DNA of 57,237 nt. Source: a virus. Its lineage: Duplodnaviria > Caudoviricetes. Under the pieces are notes generated by a model. The model saw only the letters and a list, made by a program, of their open reading frames with translations, made no database searches and was not told where the DNA came from. Each line of letters starts with the position of its first letter. Position 1 is the stretch's first letter. The DNA is taken from the IMG/VR virus record IMGVR_UViG_3300021964_000077, positions 1-57,237 of that record, one strand, 5' to 3'. Positions 20,201 through 27,616 of this stretch are shown piece after piece. The position numbers and the translations under genes were made by a program.

Positions 20201-22290
20201 ATACTACTACAACGTGGAACACATCACAAAGTACAACAACAACGTATATTAGTTCATGGAACACTACCAGGAGTACTACAACCGCATGGAACACCTCTAA
20301 AGCAACAACTACAACATTTAATACTACATGGTCCACTTCTAAAAGCACAAGTACTATTTGGACAACGAATACAACTGCAAGTACTATTAGATCAACTACA
20401 ACTACCTGGAACACTACAAAAAGTACAACAACAACCTGGGAGACAAGTATAAACACCGGTAGGAGTACTACTACAACCTGGGCGACTACCCAGAGTACAA
20501 CTACAACTTGGGTAACTAATACAACTGCAACTACTTCTAGAAGCACAACAACTACCTGGAACACTACAAGAAGTACAACAACTACCTGGAACACTACAAG
20601 AAGTACAACCACCACCTGGACTTCATACTGGAATACTACTAGAAGTACAACAGAAAATAGGAATACTACGAGAGGTACAGGTAGATCAACCACCACCACC
20701 TGGATAACTAACACAACAGGAAGTACTCAGAAAATTACAAGTACAACTAGAAGTACTAATAGAAATACAACAACTACCTGGAACACTTCAAAAAGTACAA
20801 CAACTACATTTGTTACTTCAAAGACTACAGCTACAACATGGATTTCATATTGGAACACTACAAAAAGTACAACAACAACATTTAATACTACTAGAAGTAC
20901 CACTACAACGTTTTCAACTTCAGCGGTAACAAGTACTGTACGTAATACTACGACGACTTGGAACACTTCTCATGCAACTACAACTACATGGAACACTTCA
21001 AAAAGTACAACGACTACCTGGATTACTAGTCAGAGTACAACTACAACATGGACTTCATACTGGAATACTAGTAGGAGTACTACTACAAGCTGGAACACTT
21101 CACAGAGCACTTCACGTTCAACGGTAACTTCCTATATAGTAAATACTTCAACAACAACAACGTGGGTAACTAGCGGAGTAGCTAATACTACTAAGAGTAC
21201 AACAACAACCTGGAACACCAGTAAAAGTACGACGACGACTTGGAACACTTCTCATGCAACTACAACTACATGGAACACTACTAAGTCAACTACAACTTCC
21301 TATACCACGTATTGGAACACTTCAAAAAGCACAACAACTACTTGGATTACCAGTCAAAGTACTACTACAACGTTTAACACAACAGTTAGCACCAGCAGAG
21401 CTACAACAACAAATTGGAATACCAGTAAAAGTACTACTACAACATTTGCAACTACTAAGAGTACTACTACAACTTTTGCTACAACAGTAAGTACTAGTAG
21501 AGCTACTACAACTACGTGGAACACTACTAAGAATACAACAACTACTTGGAACACTACACAAAATACGACTACTACATGGACTACTAGTCAAGGTACTACT
21601 AGGAGCACCACTACCACATGGAGTACTAGTCAAAGTACAACTACTACATTTAATACGAGTCAATCTACTACAACAACGTTTAATACGACTATTAGTACAG
21701 ATAGATCTACTACCACAACTTGGGCTACAAGTAAATCAACAACTACCACGTTTAACACAACGAAATCAACGACTACTACATTTAATACGAATGCAAGTAC
21801 AACAACTACCTGGAGCACATCCTGGAACACTACTAGAGCTACAACAACTACCTGGAGCACTACTAGAGCTACAACAACTACCTGGAGCACTAACACAAGC
21901 ACCACAACTACATTTAATACAACATGGTCTACCAGTAAATTAACTACGACTACGTTTAACACTACGTACAGTACAGTAACAACCTGGAACACTACCCAGA
22001 GTACTACTACATCCTTTACAACAACCTTTAATACAACTAAGGTAACGGTTACAACCTGGAACACTACTAGAAGTACCGCCACGTACTGGAATACTACCCA
22101 GAGTACTACTACAACATTTAATACCACTTGGGTTACTTCAAGATCAACTACTACAAGTTGGAACACTACCAGAAGTACAACAACAACATTCCAGACTCAG
22201 ACAATCACCCTTACAACCTGGACTACTAGCTGGGTTACTTCTTGGAGCACAGGAACAACATGGTACACAGACTTTTACTATACTCCGTAA
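17239..22290 (+). CDS. Giant Thr/Ser/Asn/Trp repeat protein (1683 aa): two ~805-aa repeat arms around a 72-aa Cys-rich loop; predicted self-complementary beta-hairpin filament
   Basis: Uninterrupted 5 kb ORF with diversified codons. 10-aa unit (W/F/Y)NTT(K/R/Q)STTTT; central non-repeat segment 19657-19872 with six Cys. The ORF is well supported; the structure is inferred. Confidence 0.85.
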   Translation: MKSIGFWDIYEWNTSANTSTTRNTSRSTSSSTTTVWNTAKSTTTTWNTSQSTTTNWNTTVSTSKSTTTTWNTSQSTTTTWNTTQNTTTTFNTSRLTSKSTTTTWNTTQSTITTWNTTKSTTTTFNTSVSTSRNTTTTWNTTRSTTTTWNTSQSTTTTFITSQNTTRSTTTTWSTSKSTTTTFATSRSTTTTFNTNTSTTTTFNTTWSTSKSTTTTFNTTRSTTTSWNTTQSTTTSWTTYWNTTRSTVTTWNTTRSTVTTFNTTASTTTTFNTTWNTTRSTTTTFNTTRSTTTTFITSQSTTTTFNTTWNTSKSTTTSWNTTKSTTTTWTTSQGTSHSTTTTFNTTRSTTTVYNTTKSTTTTFNTNASTTTTWLSYWNTTKSTVSSWTTSTNTTTTFNTTWSTSRSTTTTWTTNTTVSTTRATTTSWNTTRSTTTTFNTSKSTTTVYLTSKSTATTYVSYWNTTRSTTTTFNTTRSTTTTWVTNTTANTTRNTTTSWNTTKSTTTTWNTSQSTTTTWVTTWDTTTVYISYWNTSRNTTTSFNTTWNTSWNTTTTWVTNTTVSTSRATTTTWNTTQSTVTTWATSRTTTTTWTSYWNTSRATTTTFNTTRNTSTTWTTYYNTTRSTTTTYNTAQNTTTTWVSYWNTGRSTTTTFNTTVSTSRSTTTTFSTSIGTTTTWYTNLGLNTSKNTTTTWNTTRSTSTSRSTSKSTVTTWITYKNTTTTFNTTWSTSKSTTTTWVTTWSTTYTVSTANATTTSWTTYFNTTKSTTTTFGTTWNTTRSTSTSRSTTTTFNTTFNTTKSTVTTWTTGVSDPGCDCFQFFVDASPSGTVEYFDCGSGTTVTADVPRGGLMICACPNYEIIGPEVIEGPLEPCGSIPPSDTTFNTTRSTTTTYNTSRSTSKSTTTTFNTTTTWNTTRNTTKSTTTTFQTSASTQIETTTTWNSYWNVNTTRETSQSTTTVYNTTVSTSRSTNTGFNTTRNTTTTFNTSWNTTTTWNTSQSTTTTYISSWNTTRSTTTAWNTSKATTTTFNTTWSTSKSTSTIWTTNTTASTIRSTTTTWNTTKSTTTTWETSINTGRSTTTTWATTQSTTTTWVTNTTATTSRSTTTTWNTTRSTTTTWNTTRSTTTTWTSYWNTTRSTTENRNTTRGTGRSTTTTWITNTTGSTQKITSTTRSTNRNTTTTWNTSKSTTTTFVTSKTTATTWISYWNTTKSTTTTFNTTRSTTTTFSTSAVTSTVRNTTTTWNTSHATTTTWNTSKSTTTTWITSQSTTTTWTSYWNTSRSTTTSWNTSQSTSRSTVTSYIVNTSTTTTWVTSGVANTTKSTTTTWNTSKSTTTTWNTSHATTTTWNTTKSTTTSYTTYWNTSKSTTTTWITSQSTTTTFNTTVSTSRATTTNWNTSKSTTTTFATTKSTTTTFATTVSTSRATTTTWNTTKNTTTTWNTTQNTTTTWTTSQGTTRSTTTTWSTSQSTTTTFNTSQSTTTTFNTTISTDRSTTTTWATSKSTTTTFNTTKSTTTTFNTNASTTTTWSTSWNTTRATTTTWSTTRATTTTWSTNTSTTTTFNTTWSTSKLTTTTFNTTYSTVTTWNTTQSTTTSFTTTFNTTKVTVTTWNTTRSTATYWNTTQSTTTTFNTTWVTSRSTTTSWNTTRSTTTTFQTQTITLTTWTTSWVTSWSTGTTWYTDFYYTP

Positions 22291-22304
22291 AAAAAAGCAT
22301 AAGT

Positions 22305-22335
22305 AGTTGTCTATTCAAAAAATTTATCGTAAATT
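22305..22335 (+). promoter_or_regulatory. RGTTG-N16-TTCRTATATT-type promoter (Bacteroidota-like -33/-7) ahead of the sugar cassette
   Basis: AGTTG-N16-ATCGTAAATT here; identically spaced copies at 30816, 32371, 44901, 46764, 49592 and 56950. Confidence 0.65.
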
Positions 22336-22367
22336 ACAGTTATTAACTTTATAGTATAAGTAGGTAT

Positions 22368-23264
22368 ATGGAGATGTTCAACAAGAACGTGGCTAAAGAA
22401 CGCATTGGTCACTTAAAGAAAAGTAAAGCGTTAGATCCTCTAAGAGACGTAGAGAGGTATTTCTTAAAACAAATCAGGAAGTACAATATTGAGACAAGCT
22501 ATGATGTTCTTGCTCAAGAAATTCCGTACTTTAAAACAATGGCATACACAGAATTTGCTACATGTTTTATGATGCATCCTCTTAACCTAGATTTAAGGTT
22601 AACTCAAATAATGGAAGCAGCACAAGACGATGACTCTGAAGAAAAAGATTTTGTAAGTTATTTCCGTTCAAATATCGAAGGTAAGTTAGCAAATAAATAT
22701 CAAGATAGAGCAACAGATTTTAACGATTTTCACGAAGTAGACAACATTGTAGTACTTCCAGGATCTAATAAATTAAAATCAAACACCTGCTTGAATAAGT
22801 TACATTACATTAAAAAGACTCATGATGATAATGTATATTTTAAACCTCACCCAATCACAACACACCAGGTCATTGGAGAACTGAAAGATATGTTCGGCGA
22901 AGATTCAATTCTACCACGCGATATCGATATGTACCATTTCTTACAACAAGCTGATAAAGTTTACGGTACACACATTACAGAGTCTACAATTTATGCTGCA
23001 TCTCTAGGGAAGGAAATTGAACCAGTTGATGTATATAATGGAATCGAACGAGGATCATTCTATCATGTTAATAAATTCTTATTTGAGAATAGAGATAATC
23101 CTCAACCGTGGATTAATAAGACTCTATCTAGCCATAAATCGGGTATTATCTGTCCTCAAATAGAAGAAGATTGGAGAGAGAAGTTAGACGCTTACCTAGA
23201 GTACATGTACGAAAAAAGAGAGACGTACAAGAATTGGTTTATTGAAGGTAAAAAGAAGAAATAA
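22368..23264 (+). CDS. Putative CMP-sugar-dependent glycosyltransferase (KpsS/KpsC capsule-biosynthesis-like, possible Kdo transferase)
   Basis: VYFKPHP (HP motif of CMP-Kdo/CMP-sialic acid transferases), then FLQQADKVY...TESTIYAASLGK (GT-B C-terminal pattern); same operon as kdsB and kdsA. Confidence 0.55.
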   Translation: MEMFNKNVAKERIGHLKKSKALDPLRDVERYFLKQIRKYNIETSYDVLAQEIPYFKTMAYTEFATCFMMHPLNLDLRLTQIMEAAQDDDSEEKDFVSYFRSNIEGKLANKYQDRATDFNDFHEVDNIVVLPGSNKLKSNTCLNKLHYIKKTHDDNVYFKPHPITTHQVIGELKDMFGEDSILPRDIDMYHFLQQADKVYGTHITESTIYAASLGKEIEPVDVYNGIERGSFYHVNKFLFENRDNPQPWINKTLSSHKSGIICPQIEEDWREKLDAYLEYMYEKRETYKNWFIEGKKKK

Positions 23265-23267
23265 GTT

Positions 23268-23615
23268 ATGCATATACAAGGAAAAGTCTGGGGACAAACA
23301 CAAGCAATCTTCCAGAAACCTAATTTTGAAATCCACCGCATTGAGATCAAAAAAGGCGGATTTTGTTCTACTCATAAACATAATAATAAGTTTAACGCTT
23401 TTTACATGGAGAGTGGAAGCCTTAAGATTTTTATTGAGCAACAGGACTACGATTTAATAGATGAGACAGTAATCACTACCGGAGAACTATCGATAGTAAA
23501 ACCAGGATTGTACCATTCATTTGAAGCATTAACAGACTGTGTTTGTTATGAAATTTATTGGACTGAACTAAACCATAATGATATCGAACGTCGTACCGTC
23601 GGCGGTTCTAAGTAA
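23268..23615 (+). CDS. Cupin-fold protein (sugar isomerase-like)
   Basis: KVWG, CSTHKH and VKPGLYHSF cupin metal-binding motifs. Confidence 0.75.
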   Translation: MHIQGKVWGQTQAIFQKPNFEIHRIEIKKGGFCSTHKHNNKFNAFYMESGSLKIFIEQQDYDLIDETVITTGELSIVKPGLYHSFEALTDCVCYEIYWTELNHNDIERRTVGGSK

Positions 23616-24145
23616 TGTATACAAAAGGCAGTACTCACGATTACTTTATTGAGCAATACAAGCAGCTTCATGAAGGAGGGTATACTCAAGGTTACCGCAT
23701 AAGTCCCACTTACGGAACTAGAGATACGTTGAAAGTTCTTTTAGAAAAGTACAACTGTAAATCTTTGTTTGATTTTGGATGTGCTTCAGCAGCACACTGG
23801 ATTGAGACAGACCTACAGGAATACCTGGGAATAGGAGAACTATACTTATACGATCCAGCTATTGAAAAGTACAACACCTATCCAGCTGAACAATTTGACG
23901 CATCCTTTTGTATAGATGTAATGGAACATATACCTGAAGACAGTATAGATTATATTGTGAATAGGGTTTTAGATAGAACAAAAAAACTAGCAATCTTTAG
24001 AATTGCAATATGTGAAGCATCCACTTTACTACCGGATGGTCAAAATGCTCACGTTACTGTGCAGAACTCACAGTGGTGGAGAGAGCGTATTGCTCAACAT
24101 AAGAGAGATGGTATCGCAATTGAAGTTAATAGAGTAATAGTATAA
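23615..24145 (+). CDS. Class I SAM-dependent methyltransferase
   Basis: SLFDFGC (motif I), YDPA, FD...CIDVMEHIP, NAHVTV...WW. Confidence 0.8.
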   Translation: MYTKGSTHDYFIEQYKQLHEGGYTQGYRISPTYGTRDTLKVLLEKYNCKSLFDFGCASAAHWIETDLQEYLGIGELYLYDPAIEKYNTYPAEQFDASFCIDVMEHIPEDSIDYIVNRVLDRTKKLAIFRIAICEASTLLPDGQNAHVTVQNSQWWRERIAQHKRDGIAIEVNRVIV

Positions 24146-24712
24146 ATGGAAATAGTAGAATTAGAACACTCATCACCTTCTTTTATTTTAGCAGGAGTTA
24201 TTAATCACGATCTATGTGATGAAATCATAGCAGAGATAGATAGTAATTCTGAAAAAGCTAGGTACGACAAAGTAAGAGGTTACCATAGGTTAACCGATAA
24301 GGAAGTTAATCAGGATTTAATGAAAAAGTATTTACGGGAACTTAATCGAGTTTTCGAAAAATACAAAAAAGAGTTTCCCTGGGTTGAAGATCGCGGATCA
24401 AACTGGGGTGTTATGTCTCCTTTTAATTTACAGAGGTACGACCCAGGAGACTGTTACCGACCTGTACACATTGAACAAGGCGGTCCCAGAGAAGGTAAGT
24501 TAATTAGGAACTTAGCTTTTGTTACGTATCTTAATGATATTGAAGACGGTGGTGAAACAGAATTCCCTCAACAGAATATGATGATAAAACCTCAAAAAGG
24601 GTTAACAACGATATTCCCAGCAGGATGGACTCACCCTCACCGAGGCTACCCCGCAGTAAGTGAAGATAAGTACATTGTAACAGGTTGGGCTAGTTATTTC
24701 CATCGTTGCTAA
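24146..24712 (+). CDS. 2OG-Fe(II) oxygenase (prolyl-4-hydroxylase-like superfamily)
   Basis: LQRY, HIE, YLNDIEDGGETEF, FPAGWTHPHRG, KYIVTGW. Confidence 0.9.
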   Translation: MEIVELEHSSPSFILAGVINHDLCDEIIAEIDSNSEKARYDKVRGYHRLTDKEVNQDLMKKYLRELNRVFEKYKKEFPWVEDRGSNWGVMSPFNLQRYDPGDCYRPVHIEQGGPREGKLIRNLAFVTYLNDIEDGGETEFPQQNMMIKPQKGLTTIFPAGWTHPHRGYPAVSEDKYIVTGWASYFHRC

Positions 24713-25413
24713 TGAAAGTAGTTGCGTTAATCCCTGCACGTTTACGTTCTACTAGATTACCGCGAAAACTTATTCAAAGCATTGGCGGTAAGAGTATCAT
24801 ACAGAGAACTTACGAAGCGGTAGAATCTACAGGTTTATTTGATTTAGTATTTGTAGTTACTGGAGATGAAGAGATTATAAAGAAGACTCAAGCTCCTGTC
24901 ATTAAGAGTACTACACATTACCTTTCCGGCAGTGATAGGATCGCCGCAGCAATCAAGAGTATATCTTGTGATGCCGTTATCAACGTTCAAGGTGATGAGC
25001 CATTTATTGATAGCACTTTGTTAGAAAGGCTTAGAGATGCGATAATTACAACTAAAGCGGATGTAGTATCTGCAGCTTTTCCTATTGAGAATGTTGATGA
25101 AATCAATAATCCAAATAACGTAAAGGTTTATTTTAATGAAGAAGGATTAGCTGAAAATTTCTCTAGAACCCCAATGACTGCTTCTAAGCATTATCAGCAT
25201 ATCGGTGTATACGCTTTTAAGAGATCAGCATTAGAGAGGTTTGGTAAACTAGAACCCAGTATGAGGGAAAAACAAGAGAAATTAGAAAACCTAAGATTCT
25301 TGGAAAACGGGATGAAAGTTCGTATATTGTTAACAAATGAACCAAGTATCGGAATCGATACTCAAGAAGACTTAGATAAAGCAAGAAAGTTATGGAGCTC
25401 TATGAACAGTTAA
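24712..25413 (+). CDS. kdsB: 3-deoxy-manno-octulosonate cytidylyltransferase (CMP-Kdo synthetase)
   Basis: IPARLRSTRLPRK, SGSDRI, INVQGDEP, NPNNVKV, FSR, HIGVYAF, EKLENLRFLENG, GIDTQEDL. Confidence 0.93.
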   Translation: MKVVALIPARLRSTRLPRKLIQSIGGKSIIQRTYEAVESTGLFDLVFVVTGDEEIIKKTQAPVIKSTTHYLSGSDRIAAAIKSISCDAVINVQGDEPFIDSTLLERLRDAIITTKADVVSAAFPIENVDEINNPNNVKVYFNEEGLAENFSRTPMTASKHYQHIGVYAFKRSALERFGKLEPSMREKQEKLENLRFLENGMKVRILLTNEPSIGIDTQEDLDKARKLWSSMNS

Positions 25414-26198
25414 CATCTCAAGATCGACTATTTTTAATCGCAGGACCTTGTGCTGTAGAAGATGAGAAGATGCCTCTACAAATAGCCAGGGATATTTCTG
25501 AGATTACTAAAAAGTTAAATATACCTTATGTTTTCAAAGCAAGTTATAAGAAAGCTAACCGCTCTCGATTAGACTCGTTTACAGGCATTGGAGATAAAAA
25601 AGCATTAAAAGCAATACATAAGGTAAAATCAGAATTAGGTATACCTGTAATTACAGATGTACACAGTGTAGATGAAGTTAAATTAGCAGCTAAATATGTA
25701 GATGTACTACAGATACCAGCTTTCTTAGCTCGGCAAACAGAGTTACTAATAGCAGCTGGTGAAACAGGTAAAATTGTTTCTATTAAGAAGGGACAGTTTA
25801 TGTCTCCTGAATCTATGCAATTTGCTGTTGAGAAAGTTAGATCTACAGGAAACCATAGAGTACTTATCACTGAACGAGGGACGATGTTTGGGTACGGAGA
25901 TCTAGTAGTTGATTACAGAGGTATTCCAATTATGCAGCAATATGCTCCAACAGTACTGGACATTACACATTCTCTTCAGCAACCTAACAACTCTTCAGGA
26001 GTAACCGGTGGACTTCCTCAATTAATCGAAACTATTGCTAAAGCCGGTATTGCAGTTGGAGTAGACGGTATCTTCTTAGAGACTCACCCTGACCCATCGA
26101 GAGCACTATCAGATGGTGCTAATATGTTACCGTTAGGAGAATTAGAAGACTTATTAACAAAGTTAGTTAAGCTTTATAACTTATCTAATATGTTATAA
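25392..26198 (+). CDS. kdsA: Kdo-8-phosphate synthase
   Basis: LIAGPCAVE, FKASYKKANRS, TDVH, QIPAFLARQT, KKGQF, TERGTMFGY, DITHSLQQP, FLETHPDP, SDG. Confidence 0.96.
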   Translation: MELYEQLTSQDRLFLIAGPCAVEDEKMPLQIARDISEITKKLNIPYVFKASYKKANRSRLDSFTGIGDKKALKAIHKVKSELGIPVITDVHSVDEVKLAAKYVDVLQIPAFLARQTELLIAAGETGKIVSIKKGQFMSPESMQFAVEKVRSTGNHRVLITERGTMFGYGDLVVDYRGIPIMQQYAPTVLDITHSLQQPNNSSGVTGGLPQLIETIAKAGIAVGVDGIFLETHPDPSRALSDGANMLPLGELEDLLTKLVKLYNLSNML

Positions 26199-26231
26199 GT
26201 CGCTATATTTATAAGAATAAACCATTATACT

Positions 26232-26576
26232 ATGAGTAGATTCCCCAACAGACGCTGGTTAGTTATACCAGTTAGTCAAGTTGAAAACATTAACTTTACC
26301 CAGGTACTAGAATCCTCAGCAGATTCCCTAAGGTACTCTGTAGACGGATCCCAGACCTTTGTAAAATACGAGGTAACAGTAGTTGAAGAGACATACTCAG
26401 AGACTCATACAGACCTAGAAACAAATGAAGAAGTAGTTAGTACAGTAGAGGCTGGTGTTTACGGAAGACCCGCTATCTACAACGGAACATACCCAGAATA
26501 TAACCACCAAGAGATTCTAGAGCTATTAGCAACAGAAGCTTGGACAGCACCTATGAACGATGAATTGGCCAGATAA
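26232..26576 (+). CDS. Hypothetical phage protein
   Basis: 114-aa ORF (LRYSVDGSQTFVKYE); TATTTATA at 26206. Confidence 0.65.
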   Translation: MSRFPNRRWLVIPVSQVENINFTQVLESSADSLRYSVDGSQTFVKYEVTVVEETYSETHTDLETNEEVVSTVEAGVYGRPAIYNGTYPEYNHQEILELLATEAWTAPMNDELAR

Positions 26577-26730
26577 ATCAGAAGGATTTGGAGATACAGT
26601 AGCAAAAGTAGCTCATGCTATCGGAGCAGATAAGATAGCAGATTCTTGGGCAGAAGCTACTGGCAAAGACTGTGGATGTAAAAAAAGACAAGAAACATTG
26701 AATAAGATGTTTCCTTACGATAACGAATAA
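26560..26730 (+). CDS. Small protein with DCGC motif (56 aa, not in the ORF track)
   Basis: Translated by hand: MNWPDKSEGFGDTVAKVAHAIGADKIADSWAEATGKDCGCKKRQETLNKMFPYDNE. Fills the gap; TAATG coupling to the next gene. Confidence 0.75.
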   Translation: MNWPDKSEGFGDTVAKVAHAIGADKIADSWAEATGKDCGCKKRQETLNKMFPYDNE

Positions 26731-27503
26731 TGGCACTACATCACGGTACATATACCCGCAATTTTAGAAGTTATGCTGAGCTAAAAGCTCATATACCTTC
26801 CCTACCGGATAGGGTGTATGCTTTATTTCCTAACGGAGCTAGAGGTCCTGCTTCCACTGCACACTGTGTAACATACGGAGGAGAGCACTACCAGGCAGTA
26901 TTTGCACAATGTGGAGGACCGCAGTATAGTACCTTCGGTACCAACGTAGCAAACTCTACATTACACGGTAACTTATCTACATACGATGGGATTATACAAC
27001 CTTTTAGTGTAGATGGTCAAATGTATTCTAGAGTAAATAAGGTAGGTTACGACTACTGGACTACTAAAACTGGAACAAAATGGTATAAAGCAACCAGATC
27101 CTACAACTCTTCCGGAACCTACCTATCAGCTTACTCTCAAGATGTTACATTAACATTAGATAATTCTATAACTTTTGCCGATATCTGGAACTCAGCAGCC
27201 AGTACAGAGTTACCAGGTTATGTAACTATGGAATTAAACGGATCTTCTTACGGGAGTACCAAGTATACAGCATGTTACGGTGACTGGAACAGTACTCGAG
27301 GATTTGCCAACGCACAGAATGGAGATGATAGCTGTGTACCTGCTGGAGAACCTAAGATGAATGACTGGAATGCACGCCACGTACTATCCTACGTTCATGG
27401 ATCTTCAGGATATAATGCAACCCGCTGTCAACCTACCTGCTGGAGTGGTACCGAAGATGTTGCTATGGAACAAATATGGTATGTTAAATTTGACAACGAA
27501 TGA
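26730..27503 (+). CDS. Putative fibrinogen-C/lectin-like structural protein
   Basis: RSYAELK...VYAL...AHCVTYGG opening resembles degenerate fibrinogen-related domains; several Cys; rich in aromatics and Gly. Confidence 0.4.
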   Translation: MALHHGTYTRNFRSYAELKAHIPSLPDRVYALFPNGARGPASTAHCVTYGGEHYQAVFAQCGGPQYSTFGTNVANSTLHGNLSTYDGIIQPFSVDGQMYSRVNKVGYDYWTTKTGTKWYKATRSYNSSGTYLSAYSQDVTLTLDNSITFADIWNSAASTELPGYVTMELNGSSYGSTKYTACYGDWNSTRGFANAQNGDDSCVPAGEPKMNDWNARHVLSYVHGSSGYNATRCQPTCWSGTEDVAMEQIWYVKFDNE

Positions 27504-27616
27504 TACTAATAGAAGATTTACAGAATAATCTATATATCGTTATGCAAGACGGTATAGATGTTGCATTATTTAACAGCAGAGAAGAAGCACAAAACTTTAT
27601 AGATAATGCCAACTAG
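27500..27616 (+). CDS. Small hypothetical protein (38 aa, not in the ORF track)
   Basis: MILIEDLQNNLYIVMQDGIDVALFNSREEAQNFIDNAN; ATGA overlap with the upstream stop; fills the gap. Confidence 0.5.
   Translation: MILIEDLQNNLYIVMQDGIDVALFNSREEAQNFIDNAN

Noticed and set aside
17721-22166. Many Val-rich minus-strand ORFs
   Set aside because: Antisense shadows of ACN (Thr) codon runs; no promoter motifs or independent coding signal.
17239-22290. CRISPR array or non-coding tandem repeat
   Set aside because: No identical repeat with unique spacers. Periodicity is a multiple of 3 with synonymous variation inside one open frame.
17239-22290. DNA-level inverted repeat explaining the protein symmetry
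   Set aside because: Both arms have the same A/C-rich sense-strand composition; an inverted repeat would make one arm G/T-rich.
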